DNA from: a virus
Length of the DNA stretch: 32,780 bases
Virus genome (UHGV): UHGV-0305798
Reading direction: 5' to 3' (one strand)
Positions 7,987-16,976 of the stretch are shown here, in pieces. The notes under the pieces were generated by a model. It was not told the DNA's origin. It saw only the letters and a list, made by a program, of their open reading frames with translations, and did not search any database. The translations under genes were made by a program, and so were the position numbers. Positions within the stretch are counted from its first letter, which is position 1. The number at the start of each line of letters is the position of its first letter.

Positions 7987-8076
7987 TAATTCACGCGTTA
8001 AATGTCAACCTTCTACGATAAATAAATCATATGTGGTTAAATTGGTAATAATTTAATTGCGTACGGAGTCATTGAT

Positions 8077-8283
8077 ATGTGCATGGGTAGCTCACCATCA
8101 GTGCCTGCAACACCAGAAGTTCAGGCAGCACCACAGGAGCAGGATGCCGCCGTTGTTGATGCCCGCGACGAAGAAACACGTCGCCGTCGCGCTGCTGCTG
8201 GTCGTAGTTCTACGCTGCTTACCGGTTCTCAGGGCGACACATCAACCGCTAATACCAGCGGTAAAACGCTGCTTGGTCAGTAA
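8077..8283 (+). CDS. small hypothetical protein (68 aa)
   Basis: ATG at 8077 preceded by GGAGTCATTGA, the same 11-nt initiation region that precedes the portal ATG. Low-complexity product; the overlapping frame 8057..8296 is less convincing. Confidence 0.4.
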   Translation: MCMGSSPSVPATPEVQAAPQEQDAAVVDARDEETRRRRAAAGRSSTLLTGSQGDTSTANTSGKTLLGQ

Positions 8284-8297
8284 CCGGAGTCATTGAA

Positions 8298-9977
8298 ATG
8301 GCGGAAACAACTAAAGAGCGATTGAACAAACAGTTCGCACAACTTGAAAGCGAGCGTCAGTCGTTCGAGCCGCACTGGCGCGAGTTGAGTGATTACATCA
8401 ACCCGCGTGGTTCCCGCTTTCTGACTTCTGAGGTCAACCGTAACGATCGACGCAATACACGCATTATTGATTCGACCGGGACTATGGCGGCGCGCACTCT
8501 CGCCAGCGGCATGATGTCAGGCATCACAAGCCCTGCGCGTCCGTGGTTTCGCCTGGCTACGCCAGATCCTGAAATGATGGATTATGGTCCTGTTAAGTTG
8601 TGGCTCGAGGCGGTGCAGAACCGCATGAACGATATGTTCAATAAGTCGAATCTCTACCAGTCTCTTCCGCAGTTATACGGAAGCCTCGGCACATACAGCA
8701 CTGGTGCAATGGCGGTGCTGGAGGATGACGAGGACATCATTCGCACAATGCCATTCCCGATAGGCAGTTACTACCTGGCTAACTCACCTCGTGGCAGTGT
8801 GGACACCTGTTTTCGCAAGTTCTCTATGACTGTTCGTCAGCTTGTTCAGGAGTTCGGGCTAAATAACGTCAGCGAATCCGTAAAAAGCATGTGGGAAAGC
8901 GGCACCTACGAGAAGTGGATTGACGTGATGCATTCGGTTTACCCGAACATTGACCGCGATACATCGAAGCTGGATAGCAAGAACAAGCCATTCAAATCGG
9001 TTTATTACGAGGTTGGTGGCGATAACGACAAGTTGTTGCGTGAGTCCGGATTTGATGAGTTTCCAATTATGGCTCCGCGCTGGGAAGTTAATGGCGAAGA
9101 TGTTTATGGATCATCATGCCCGGGTATGCTGGCGCTTGGACCTGTTAAGGCATTGCAGCTTCTCCAGAAGCGCAAGTCGCAGTTGATTGATAAAGCCACC
9201 AATCCGCCGATGGTTGCTCCGACTTCCCTCAAGAATCAGCGCGCCTCCCTTCTTCCTGGCGACATCACGTATATCGATCAGATTACTGGTCAGGATGGTT
9301 TCAGGCCTGCTTATCTGGTTAACCCCAGTACAGCAGATCTGGTAGCAGACATTCAGGACACTCGTCAAATCATTAACAGCGCCTACTTTGTCGATCTGTT
9401 CATGATGTTGCAGAACATCAATACCCGCTCGATGCCTGTTGAAGCGGTGATCGAAATGAAAGAAGAAAAACTTCTGATGTTGGGGCCGGTTCTGGAGCGT
9501 CTGAACGACGAATGTCTTAACCCTCTCATTGACCGCGCTTTCTCGATGATGGTGCGTAAAAACATGCTGCCGCCACCGCCTGACGCGATGGAAGGTATGC
9601 CCCTGAAGGTCGAATACATTTCCGTCATGGCTCAGGCGCAGAAGTCTATCGGCCTGTCCAGTCTGGCGTCCACGGTTAACTTCATTGGTCAACTTGCGCA
9701 AGCGAAACCAGAAGCTCTCGACAAACTCAACGTTGATCAGGCGATCGATGCATTCGCTGATATGTCCGGAGTGTCTCCAACCGTCATTGTTCCGCAGGAA
9801 CAGGTTGAGCAGGCTCGCCAGCAACGGGCACAGCAACAACAGCAGCAACAAATGATGGCGATGGGGATGGCGGCGGCACAGGGTGCCAAGACGCTAAGCG
9901 AAGCTAAAACTTCGGATCCGAGTGTTTTGTCAGCTATGGCGAATGCAGTTAGTGGTCAGGGTGGGCAATCACAATGA
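8298..9977 (+). CDS. portal (head-to-tail connector) protein, T7 gp8-like
   Basis: 559 aa; position after terminase; Gln/Ala/Met-rich C-terminal tail (QQQQQQMMAMGMAAAQGA) resembles the T7 gp8 C-terminus (recall-based). Confidence 0.8.
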   Translation: MAETTKERLNKQFAQLESERQSFEPHWRELSDYINPRGSRFLTSEVNRNDRRNTRIIDSTGTMAARTLASGMMSGITSPARPWFRLATPDPEMMDYGPVKLWLEAVQNRMNDMFNKSNLYQSLPQLYGSLGTYSTGAMAVLEDDEDIIRTMPFPIGSYYLANSPRGSVDTCFRKFSMTVRQLVQEFGLNNVSESVKSMWESGTYEKWIDVMHSVYPNIDRDTSKLDSKNKPFKSVYYEVGGDNDKLLRESGFDEFPIMAPRWEVNGEDVYGSSCPGMLALGPVKALQLLQKRKSQLIDKATNPPMVAPTSLKNQRASLLPGDITYIDQITGQDGFRPAYLVNPSTADLVADIQDTRQIINSAYFVDLFMMLQNINTRSMPVEAVIEMKEEKLLMLGPVLERLNDECLNPLIDRAFSMMVRKNMLPPPPDAMEGMPLKVEYISVMAQAQKSIGLSSLASTVNFIGQLAQAKPEALDKLNVDQAIDAFADMSGVSPTVIVPQEQVEQARQQRAQQQQQQQMMAMGMAAAQGAKTLSEAKTSDPSVLSAMANAVSGQGGQSQ

Positions 9978-10270
9978 CAGATTACGAAGACGATCAACTG
10001 AAAGAAGAAAACGCCCGTAAGCAACGTGACATGGCACAGCGTGAAATTGATGACATTCGCTTTGTCATGAGCAGTGAACAGGGGCGTCGCGTTGTCTGGT
10101 CGGTGCTGGAGAAAGGCCGTGTGTTTTCCGCTATCTCACCGATGGACGCTATGGCAATGGCATTTAATGAGGGGCAACGCAATCTGGCGCTGGAACTGTT
10201 TCAGCGCGTTATGGCGCATTGCCCTGAACAGTATTTGAAGATGGCCAAAGAGGCCAGTGAACAGGAGTGA
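9974..10270 (+). CDS. hypothetical head-assembly-region protein (98 aa)
   Basis: ATG overlaps portal stop (ATGA); charged helical protein between portal and scaffold. Confidence 0.5.
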   Translation: MTDYEDDQLKEENARKQRDMAQREIDDIRFVMSSEQGRRVVWSVLEKGRVFSAISPMDAMAMAFNEGQRNLALELFQRVMAHCPEQYLKMAKEASEQE

Positions 10271-10272
10271 TC

Positions 10273-10968
10273 ATGAATTTATTTGAGCGTTTGCTGTATA
10301 GCCGTCTTTGCAATGAGCAACCAGTCGATGGTGGAGCAGCTCCGGCTGCGTCAGAACCGTCAGCGCCTGCAGGTGATAACCCTGCTCCAGTTGGTGATCC
10401 ATCACAACAGGAAGGTGATAAGCCACAACCTGTTGCTGATGGCGATAAACCTGCTGATGACAAAAAGCCTGAAAACGATAAGCAGGATGAAAAAAAGGAC
10501 GGCGATAAACCAGAGGGTGCGCCTGAGAAGTACGAGTTTCAGGCTGCCGAAGGCGTAGAGCTGGATACAGAAGCGTTGAAGGAATTCGAGCCGGTGGCGC
10601 GAGAACTTAACCTGACCAACGAGCAAGCGCAAAAGCTGGTTGATGCTTATCCGAAGATTCTGGCAGGTGTTCAGCAGCGCCAGGCAGAAGCCTGGCAGAA
10701 AACAACCGAGCAGTGGGCTGCGGATGTAAAAGCTGACAAAGAAATCGGTGGCGACAAGTTGATTTCTAACCTTAGCGCCGCACAGCGTGCGCTTGACCAG
10801 TTCGGGACACCTGAACTCAAAGAATATCTGAACACCACCGGGCTGGGTAATCACCCTGATCTGGTCAAAACGTTCGTGAAAATCGGAAAGGCGATGTCTG
10901 AAGATGGCATGGTCACCGGTGGTAATGAAGGCCAGCGTAGTGCGGCCGAAGTGCTCTATGGCAAATAA
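10273..10968 (+). CDS. scaffolding protein (putative)
   Basis: Acidic low-complexity N-terminal region (DKP/DDKK repeats) and helical C-terminus, sited between portal and capsid as in T7 gene 9. ATG 10273 follows AGGAG; 10267 is GTG. Confidence 0.65.
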   Translation: MNLFERLLYSRLCNEQPVDGGAAPAASEPSAPAGDNPAPVGDPSQQEGDKPQPVADGDKPADDKKPENDKQDEKKDGDKPEGAPEKYEFQAAEGVELDTEALKEFEPVARELNLTNEQAQKLVDAYPKILAGVQQRQAEAWQKTTEQWAADVKADKEIGGDKLISNLSAAQRALDQFGTPELKEYLNTTGLGNHPDLVKTFVKIGKAMSEDGMVTGGNEGQRSAAEVLYGK

Positions 10969-10976
10969 GAGAGGAA

Positions 10977-11969
10977 ATGACAATGGCTGTTAAAGGCTTA
11001 ACTGCGCTAACGCTGGCTGACTGGGGTAAGCGCGTCGATCCAAACGGGAAAGTCGATAAGATTATCGAGCTTCTCGGTCAAACTAACCCGATCCTTCAGG
11101 ATATGCCTTTTGTCGAAGGGAACCTTCCTACCGGACACCGAACCACCATTCGTTCTGGTTTACCTTCAGCTACCTGGCGTTTGCTGAACTATGGTGTACA
11201 GCCAAGCAAATCAACCACAGTGCAGGTCACCGATTCCGTTGGCATGCTGGAAACCTATGCTGAAGTCGATAAGTCACTGGCTGATCTGAACGGTAATACC
11301 GCCGAATTCCGCCTGTCTGAAGACCGCGCATTTATTGAAGCGATGAATCAGCAGATGGCGCAGACACTGTTTTATGGTGATTCCAGCGTTAACCCTCAGC
11401 AGTTTATGGGACTGTCCTCCCGCTATTCCAGCCTGTCTGCGGGTAATGCTCAGAACATCATTGATGCTGGTGGCACGGGTACAGATAACACCTCAATCTG
11501 GTTAGTGGTGTGGGGCGAAAACACCGTGCATGGCATCTTCCCGAAAGGGCAGAAGGCTGGCATCCAGATGGAAGATAAAGGCCAGGTGACACTGGAAGAT
11601 GCTAATGGCGGCAAGTACGAAGGCTATCGCACCCATTACAAATGGGACAACGGACTTGCTCTGCGTGACTGGCGTTATGTTGTTCGCATTGCAAACATCG
11701 ATGTCAGCAATCTTTCAGAACCTTCCTCTGCCGCAAATATTGCGAAGTTGATGGTTAAAGCACTGCATCGCATTCCAAACCGTGGAATGGGTCGCCCGGT
11801 GTTCTACATGAACCGCACTGTAGGCCAGGCTCTTGATCTGCAATCTCTGGAGAAAACATCTCTGGCGATCAGCGTAAAAGAGACAGAAGGCGAGTGGTGG
11901 ACTTCATTCCGTGGTGTACCAATCCGTGAAACTGATGCGCTTCTGGAAACAGAAGCCCGTGTGGTGTAA
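10977..11969 (+). CDS. major capsid protein (putative)
   Basis: 330 aa immediately after scaffold, preceded by GAGAGGAA; alternative ATG at 10983 has better spacing. Call rests on gene order and size. Confidence 0.7.
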   Translation: MTMAVKGLTALTLADWGKRVDPNGKVDKIIELLGQTNPILQDMPFVEGNLPTGHRTTIRSGLPSATWRLLNYGVQPSKSTTVQVTDSVGMLETYAEVDKSLADLNGNTAEFRLSEDRAFIEAMNQQMAQTLFYGDSSVNPQQFMGLSSRYSSLSAGNAQNIIDAGGTGTDNTSIWLVVWGENTVHGIFPKGQKAGIQMEDKGQVTLEDANGGKYEGYRTHYKWDNGLALRDWRYVVRIANIDVSNLSEPSSAANIAKLMVKALHRIPNRGMGRPVFYMNRTVGQALDLQSLEKTSLAISVKETEGEWWTSFRGVPIRETDALLETEARVV

Positions 11970-12020
11970 CGCCTGTTATTAACCAGTGGGTCGTAACAGA
12001 CCCACTAATGGAGAAAGAAG

Positions 12021-12458
12021 ATGATCACCGACAAACTGTTGATGTTCTCCGAAGCACAGGCGGTAACTGATACCGCGGCTTCTACTGAAGTAATCGATCT
12101 CGGTCCAATTGACGGAAACCGTCGCGATATCGGTGTGGGTTACCCGCTTGAGTTTTGGGCGCTGGTTAACGAAGCCGCCACGGCAAGTGGTGAGGCAACT
12201 GTAAACATCCAGTTGCAGACGAGTGAGAATAACAGCTCATGGTCCACTATTTATGATAGTGGCGCACTGGCAAAGGCCACCCTGACAGCAGGTAAGCGAG
12301 TTGTTTCTGCAAAGGTGCCAGCCGGTGTTCAGCGATATCTGCGTGTTAACTACTCCGTCGCAACTGGCCCACTAACGGCTGGCAAATTCACTGCGGGTAT
12401 CAATCTTGATGTTGATGCCAATACGCCGTATCCGATCCGCTCAAAAGTAACTGGTTAA
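12021..12458 (+). CDS. hypothetical virion protein (145 aa), possibly capsid-associated
   Basis: ATG at 12021 after GGAGAAAG; Ser/Thr/Ala-rich; position after capsid gene. Function not supported beyond location. Confidence 0.45.
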   Translation: MITDKLLMFSEAQAVTDTAASTEVIDLGPIDGNRRDIGVGYPLEFWALVNEAATASGEATVNIQLQTSENNSSWSTIYDSGALAKATLTAGKRVVSAKVPAGVQRYLRVNYSVATGPLTAGKFTAGINLDVDANTPYPIRSKVTG

Positions 12459-12468
12459 GGTGATATTG

Positions 12469-12804
12469 ATGTCAGGTGAGAAACCAAGATACCGCGTTCT
12501 GCGCCTCTCTCATATCCATAACACTCTGTGGCCGGAGGGGGCAGAAATCGAATACGAAGGTGAGCCTGGTAGCGCACTGGAACCTGTTAACGATGCAGCC
12601 AGACAGGCAAAAGCAAAGGTAGCGGGAAAGGTGTCAATGGCAGCAACCAGCACCAAAATCATCAACGATGTGTCAGATGATGGTGAACTGGATAAGCTCC
12701 GTGAAGAGTACGAATTGCTCTTTAACGAGAAGCCACACCATAACGCCAAAGCAGAAACGCTCCGCGAGAAGATCGCAGATAAGCGTAAAGAACTGGGCGT
12801 GTAA
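12469..12804 (+). CDS. hypothetical protein (111 aa)
   Basis: ATG at 12469 preceded by AAGGTGA (12460 is GTG); charged helical C-terminus. Confidence 0.45.
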   Translation: MSGEKPRYRVLRLSHIHNTLWPEGAEIEYEGEPGSALEPVNDAARQAKAKVAGKVSMAATSTKIINDVSDDGELDKLREEYELLFNEKPHHNAKAETLREKIADKRKELGV

Positions 12805-12822
12805 GCCTCGCGAATCAGACAA

Positions 12823-12842
12823 GGGGCTTCGGCCCCTTTATT
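12823..12842 (+). terminator. rho-independent terminator after capsid region
   Basis: GGGGC-ttcg-GCCCC followed by TTTATT; analogous in position to the terminator after gene 10 in T7-like genomes. Confidence 0.5.
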
Positions 12843-12860
12843 GCAGGAGTATAGAAACTT

Positions 12861-13466
12861 ATGGCCTCTGTAGTAGAGATCTGCAATCGTGCGCTGTCCA
12901 ATATTGGCAACAGCCGCAGTATTAACAGCCTGACGGAAGCCAGCAAGGAAGCGGGGGAATGTTCGCTGCACTTTGAGGCCTGCCGTGATGCTGTGCTTTC
13001 TGATTTTGACTGGAACTTTGCTACCAAACGCGTGGCGCTTGCAGATACGAGCAATCCGCCGCCAGACTGGGAATACGCATACCAGTACCCGTCCGATTGT
13101 CTGCGCATTACTGAAATTATGCTTCCTGGTGTACGCAATCCAACAGCAGCAATGCGCGTTCAGTACGAAGTTGGTGCAGACACCGACGGAACAGGAAAGT
13201 TGATCTACACAGACCAGCCTCAGGCATGGCTCAAGTATGTCTCTCGCGTTACAGATGTGAACATGTTTGATGCCATTTTTATGGAGGCGTTGGCCTGGCG
13301 TCTTGCGGCAGCTATTAACATGGCGCTGACTGGGAATGCAGACCTCGGTACGTTTGCCCTCAATATGTACAATCGCGTGATTCTTAGTGCTGGCTCGCAT
13401 AGCCAGAATGAATCACAGGAACCACAGCCACCGGTTGACGAGTTTACCATTGCGAGGTTGTCCTGA
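12861..13466 (+). CDS. tail tubular protein A-like (adaptor), putative
   Basis: 201 aa, directly upstream of and overlapping the gp12-like gene; N-terminus (VVEICNRALSNIG) loosely resembles T7 gp11. Call is mainly by position and size. Confidence 0.5.
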   Translation: MASVVEICNRALSNIGNSRSINSLTEASKEAGECSLHFEACRDAVLSDFDWNFATKRVALADTSNPPPDWEYAYQYPSDCLRITEIMLPGVRNPTAAMRVQYEVGADTDGTGKLIYTDQPQAWLKYVSRVTDVNMFDAIFMEALAWRLAAAINMALTGNADLGTFALNMYNRVILSAGSHSQNESQEPQPPVDEFTIARLS

Positions 13467-15937
13467 TGGCTATCAGTTGGATCCAGCCCAGCTTTGCCGG
13501 TGGTGAGATTGGACCGTCGTTGTACGGTCGTATCGACATGGCGAAGTACCAGGTGGCATTGCGCAAGTGCGATAACTTTATCGTGCGGCAGTATGGCGGC
13601 GTTGAGAATCGACCTGGTACGCGTTTTGTCGGTGCCGCCAAATACCCAAATCGGAAATGCCGCCTGATCCCGTTCCAGTTCTCGACGGTTCAGACCTATG
13701 CTCTGGAGTTCGGACACCAGTACATGCGCGTTATCAAAGATGGTGCGTTGGTGCTGAACAGCAGCAATGTTATTTATGAAATTGCCACGCCATATACTGA
13801 AGCCGATCTGTACCGAATTAAATTCACGCAAAGCGCAGACGTGCTTACGCTGGTTCATCCGGCATACCCGCCGAAAGAGTTGCGCCGCTATGCGCATGAC
13901 AACTGGCAACTGGTTGATGTGGTAACGAAGAACGGGCCATTTGAAGATATCAATATTGACGATTCAGTGACGGTTTATGCCAGCGCCAGCACCGGGACAA
14001 TTACGTTAACGGCAAGCGCCTCAATTTTTGGCGCGGAGCAGGTAGGCAAATTGTTCTATCTGGAACAGCCTGCAGTGGATTCTGTGCCGGTATGGGAAAC
14101 CAGTAAGAGTACGTCGATTGGCGATATTCGCCGTGCAGACAGTAACTACTATCGCGCCGTTACAGCAGGCAAAACAGGCACTTTGCGCCCTTCGCATACA
14201 GAAGGCACATCATGGGATGGCTGGGGCGGATCCGGTGATGATGATACCGGCATTGAGTGGGAGTATCTGCACAGTGGTTTTGGCATTGCCCGTATCTCTG
14301 CTGCAAATGGAACTACTGCAACTGCCGAGGTGATTTCCTATATCCCTTCGCAGGTAGTTGGCGAGGATAATGCCAGCTATAAATGGGCTAAATATGCCTG
14401 GAACAGTATTAACGGTTATCCTGGCACTGTTGTTTATTATCAACAACGCCTTTACTTCGCCGCATCGACTGCGTTCCCTCAGACTATCTGGGCCAGCCGT
14501 ACCGGGGATTATAAGGATTTTGGCAAAAGCAATCCTACGCAGGATGACGACAGAATTATCTACACCTATGCCGGGCGTCAGGTTAATGAGATCCGTCACC
14601 TGATTGATGTTGGTTCGCTGGTGGCGCTGACTTCCGGAGGTGAGTACGTCATCACTGGCGACCAGAACAAAGTGCTTACCCCATCATCATTTGCATTCAG
14701 CTCTCAGGGATCAAATGGCTCGAGCAATGTCCCACCAATTGCCGTGGCGAATATTGCTCTGTTCGTCCAGGAGAAAGGCAGTGTTGTCCGTGATCTGGCC
14801 TACTCATTCGATGTTGACGGCTATCAGGGGAACGACCTGACCATCCTTGCCAATCATCTTTTTCAGAAGCACAGCATTGTTGACTGGTGCTTCTCGATTG
14901 TCCCTTACTCCAGCGCCTTCTGCATTCGTGATGACGGTAAATTACTGGTGATGACCTATTTGCGTGATCAGCAGGTTTTTGCATGGGCACCACAATCCAG
15001 TACCGGAAAATATGAAAGCACATGCAGTATCAGCGAAGGCAATGAAGATGCGGTGTATTTCGTCGTTAACCGAACCGTTAACGGGCAAACAGTGAGATAC
15101 ATAGAGCGACTGTCCAGCCGTTTATTTACCAGCGATGAAGATGCTTTCTTTGTTGATTCTGGCCTTAGCTATGATGGAAGAAATACGTCTGACAGAACGA
15201 TGATCGTCACTGGTGGTTCTGGCGAATGGGATTACCGCGCGGAATATACAATCAGTGTTTCTGGTGGTGCGTACTTCACCAGTAGTGATGTCGGTGCTCA
15301 ACTACAGTTCCCTTATACCGGAACTGATCCTGATACTGGCGATGAAGTGTCAAAAGAATTACGTTGCGACATCATTTCTGTAACCAGCAATACCGCTGTA
15401 GTGGTTCGTGCTAACAGGAACGTCCCGCCATCCCTCAGGAATGTGGCTACCACGAACTGGCAGATGGCGCGCCGGACATTTGGAGGCCTGTCTCATCTTG
15501 AAGGCCAGACCGTAAACATTCTCTCTGATGCGAACGTGGAACCACAGAAAGTGGTTTCCGGAGGTGCCGTCACGCTGGAATCACCTGGGGCTGTTGTGCA
15601 CATCGGCCTGCCAATAACTGCTGAATTCGAAACACTGGATATCAACATTAACGGACAGGAAACGCTGCTGGACAAAAAACAGGTGATCCCCTCCGTTACT
15701 CTGGTTGTGAATGCCAGTCGCGGCATCTGGGCGACTACGCCCGGCGGTAAATGGTACGAATATCCACAGCGTGAATTCGAGTTCTACGATGATCCTGTTG
15801 ATGATGCTACCGGAAAAGTAGAAGTGAAACTGGACAGTAACTGGGGCAAAAACGGACGTGTAAGAATCCGTCAGCTTGACCCGTTGCCGCTGTCTGTTCT
15901 TGCCGTTATTCCTCGCCTTACTGTTGGGGGATTCTGA
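13466..15937 (+). CDS. tail tubular protein B-like (nozzle), T7 gp12-like
   Basis: 823 aa; an internal block (FAASTAFPQTIWASRTGDYKDFGKSNPTQDDDRIIYTY...LVALTSGGEYVITG) resembles the conserved region of T7 gp12 (recall-based). Confidence 0.65.
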   Translation: MAISWIQPSFAGGEIGPSLYGRIDMAKYQVALRKCDNFIVRQYGGVENRPGTRFVGAAKYPNRKCRLIPFQFSTVQTYALEFGHQYMRVIKDGALVLNSSNVIYEIATPYTEADLYRIKFTQSADVLTLVHPAYPPKELRRYAHDNWQLVDVVTKNGPFEDINIDDSVTVYASASTGTITLTASASIFGAEQVGKLFYLEQPAVDSVPVWETSKSTSIGDIRRADSNYYRAVTAGKTGTLRPSHTEGTSWDGWGGSGDDDTGIEWEYLHSGFGIARISAANGTTATAEVISYIPSQVVGEDNASYKWAKYAWNSINGYPGTVVYYQQRLYFAASTAFPQTIWASRTGDYKDFGKSNPTQDDDRIIYTYAGRQVNEIRHLIDVGSLVALTSGGEYVITGDQNKVLTPSSFAFSSQGSNGSSNVPPIAVANIALFVQEKGSVVRDLAYSFDVDGYQGNDLTILANHLFQKHSIVDWCFSIVPYSSAFCIRDDGKLLVMTYLRDQQVFAWAPQSSTGKYESTCSISEGNEDAVYFVVNRTVNGQTVRYIERLSSRLFTSDEDAFFVDSGLSYDGRNTSDRTMIVTGGSGEWDYRAEYTISVSGGAYFTSSDVGAQLQFPYTGTDPDTGDEVSKELRCDIISVTSNTAVVVRANRNVPPSLRNVATTNWQMARRTFGGLSHLEGQTVNILSDANVEPQKVVSGGAVTLESPGAVVHIGLPITAEFETLDININGQETLLDKKQVIPSVTLVVNASRGIWATTPGGKWYEYPQREFEFYDDPVDDATGKVEVKLDSNWGKNGRVRIRQLDPLPLSVLAVIPRLTVGGF

Positions 15938-16401
15938 TGATCGACGTTCAAATTATTCCCGCTACCGAAGAGCATCTTCAGATGATTTTGCCGGATATTC
16001 GTCAGGCTGATATTGAAGAACTGTATGCGGTATCGCTGATGACTACCGAAGATGCACTGCGTGTTGGCCTGCGTACTGCGACTATGGCCTGGTCAGGGTT
16101 CGCGAACGGAGAACTGGTAACCATGTTTGGTGTATCTCCGGCGTCAATGATCGGTGGCAATGGTACGCCCTGGCTGGTAGGAACCAGCCGTATTGAAAAA
16201 TATCAGAAGACATTTCTTCGCCACTGCCACCCTGTATTGCGGCAGATGCTGGCAGTTTATCCGCGCCTGGAAAACTACGTCGACGAGCGAAACCATGTTG
16301 CCAAAGCATGGCTCCACTGGCTTGGATTCAGGCTTGAAGAAGCCGCGCCTTATGGTGCTCTTGGTCTTAATTTCCACAGATTTCACATGGAGAGAAAATA
16401 A
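15937..16401 (+). CDS. hypothetical virion-module protein (154 aa; gp13 position)
   Basis: ATG overlaps upstream stop; lies between the gp12-like and gp14-like genes. Confidence 0.45.
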   Translation: MIDVQIIPATEEHLQMILPDIRQADIEELYAVSLMTTEDALRVGLRTATMAWSGFANGELVTMFGVSPASMIGGNGTPWLVGTSRIEKYQKTFLRHCHPVLRQMLAVYPRLENYVDERNHVAKAWLHWLGFRLEEAAPYGALGLNFHRFHMERK

Positions 16402-16976
16402 TGTGCGATCCGGTTATTGCTGGTGGCGCAATGCTCGCCATGAGTGGCATTCAGGCATACACCCAGTACCAACAGGGAAAGTATGCCTCGAAGGTTGCAG
16501 AAGCGAACGCAGATATAGCCACAGCTCAGGCAAATGATGCAATAAACAGGGGTAACGCTGAAGCTGAGCAACGACGCAGAGAGACCCGACAGCGGCTTGG
16601 TACACAGGCGGCGACAATGGGGGCTACCGGCGCTGATTTATCTACAGGTAACGCGCTGGATATATTTGGCGACACTGCCCAGTTTGGCGCTCTTGATTCG
16701 CTGACGACGGTGAATAACGCGCAACGCGAGGCTTACGGTTATCAGGTTCAGGCTGCCAACTATAAAGCAGAAGCCAGTTCAGCCCGTAAACAGGGGAATG
16801 TGGGAGCAGCAACAACATTGCTCACTGCGCCTCTGAAGGCATACGGTGCGTACCAGATGTTTGGTGGGACGTGGAGTCCGTTCTCTAAAGGAAGTACATC
16901 TAGTGGTGGGACGCCAATGTTATCTAACTCAGGTTTTATGAATTCTGACTCCCGATTCAAAATAGGAGGTTACTGA
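16401..16976 (+). CDS. internal virion protein B-like (T7 gp14-like)
   Basis: 191 aa starting MC..., Ala/Gln-rich N-terminal region like T7 gp14; positioned before two giant core-protein genes. Confidence 0.55.
   Translation: MCDPVIAGGAMLAMSGIQAYTQYQQGKYASKVAEANADIATAQANDAINRGNAEAEQRRRETRQRLGTQAATMGATGADLSTGNALDIFGDTAQFGALDSLTTVNNAQREAYGYQVQAANYKAEASSARKQGNVGAATTLLTAPLKAYGAYQMFGGTWSPFSKGSTSSGGTPMLSNSGFMNSDSRFKIGGY

Noticed and set aside
8057-8296. Alternative frame 8057..8296 (79 aa) overlapping the 8077..8283 ORF
   Set aside because: Has no RBS; the 8077 frame shares the portal's initiation region, so that frame is preferred.
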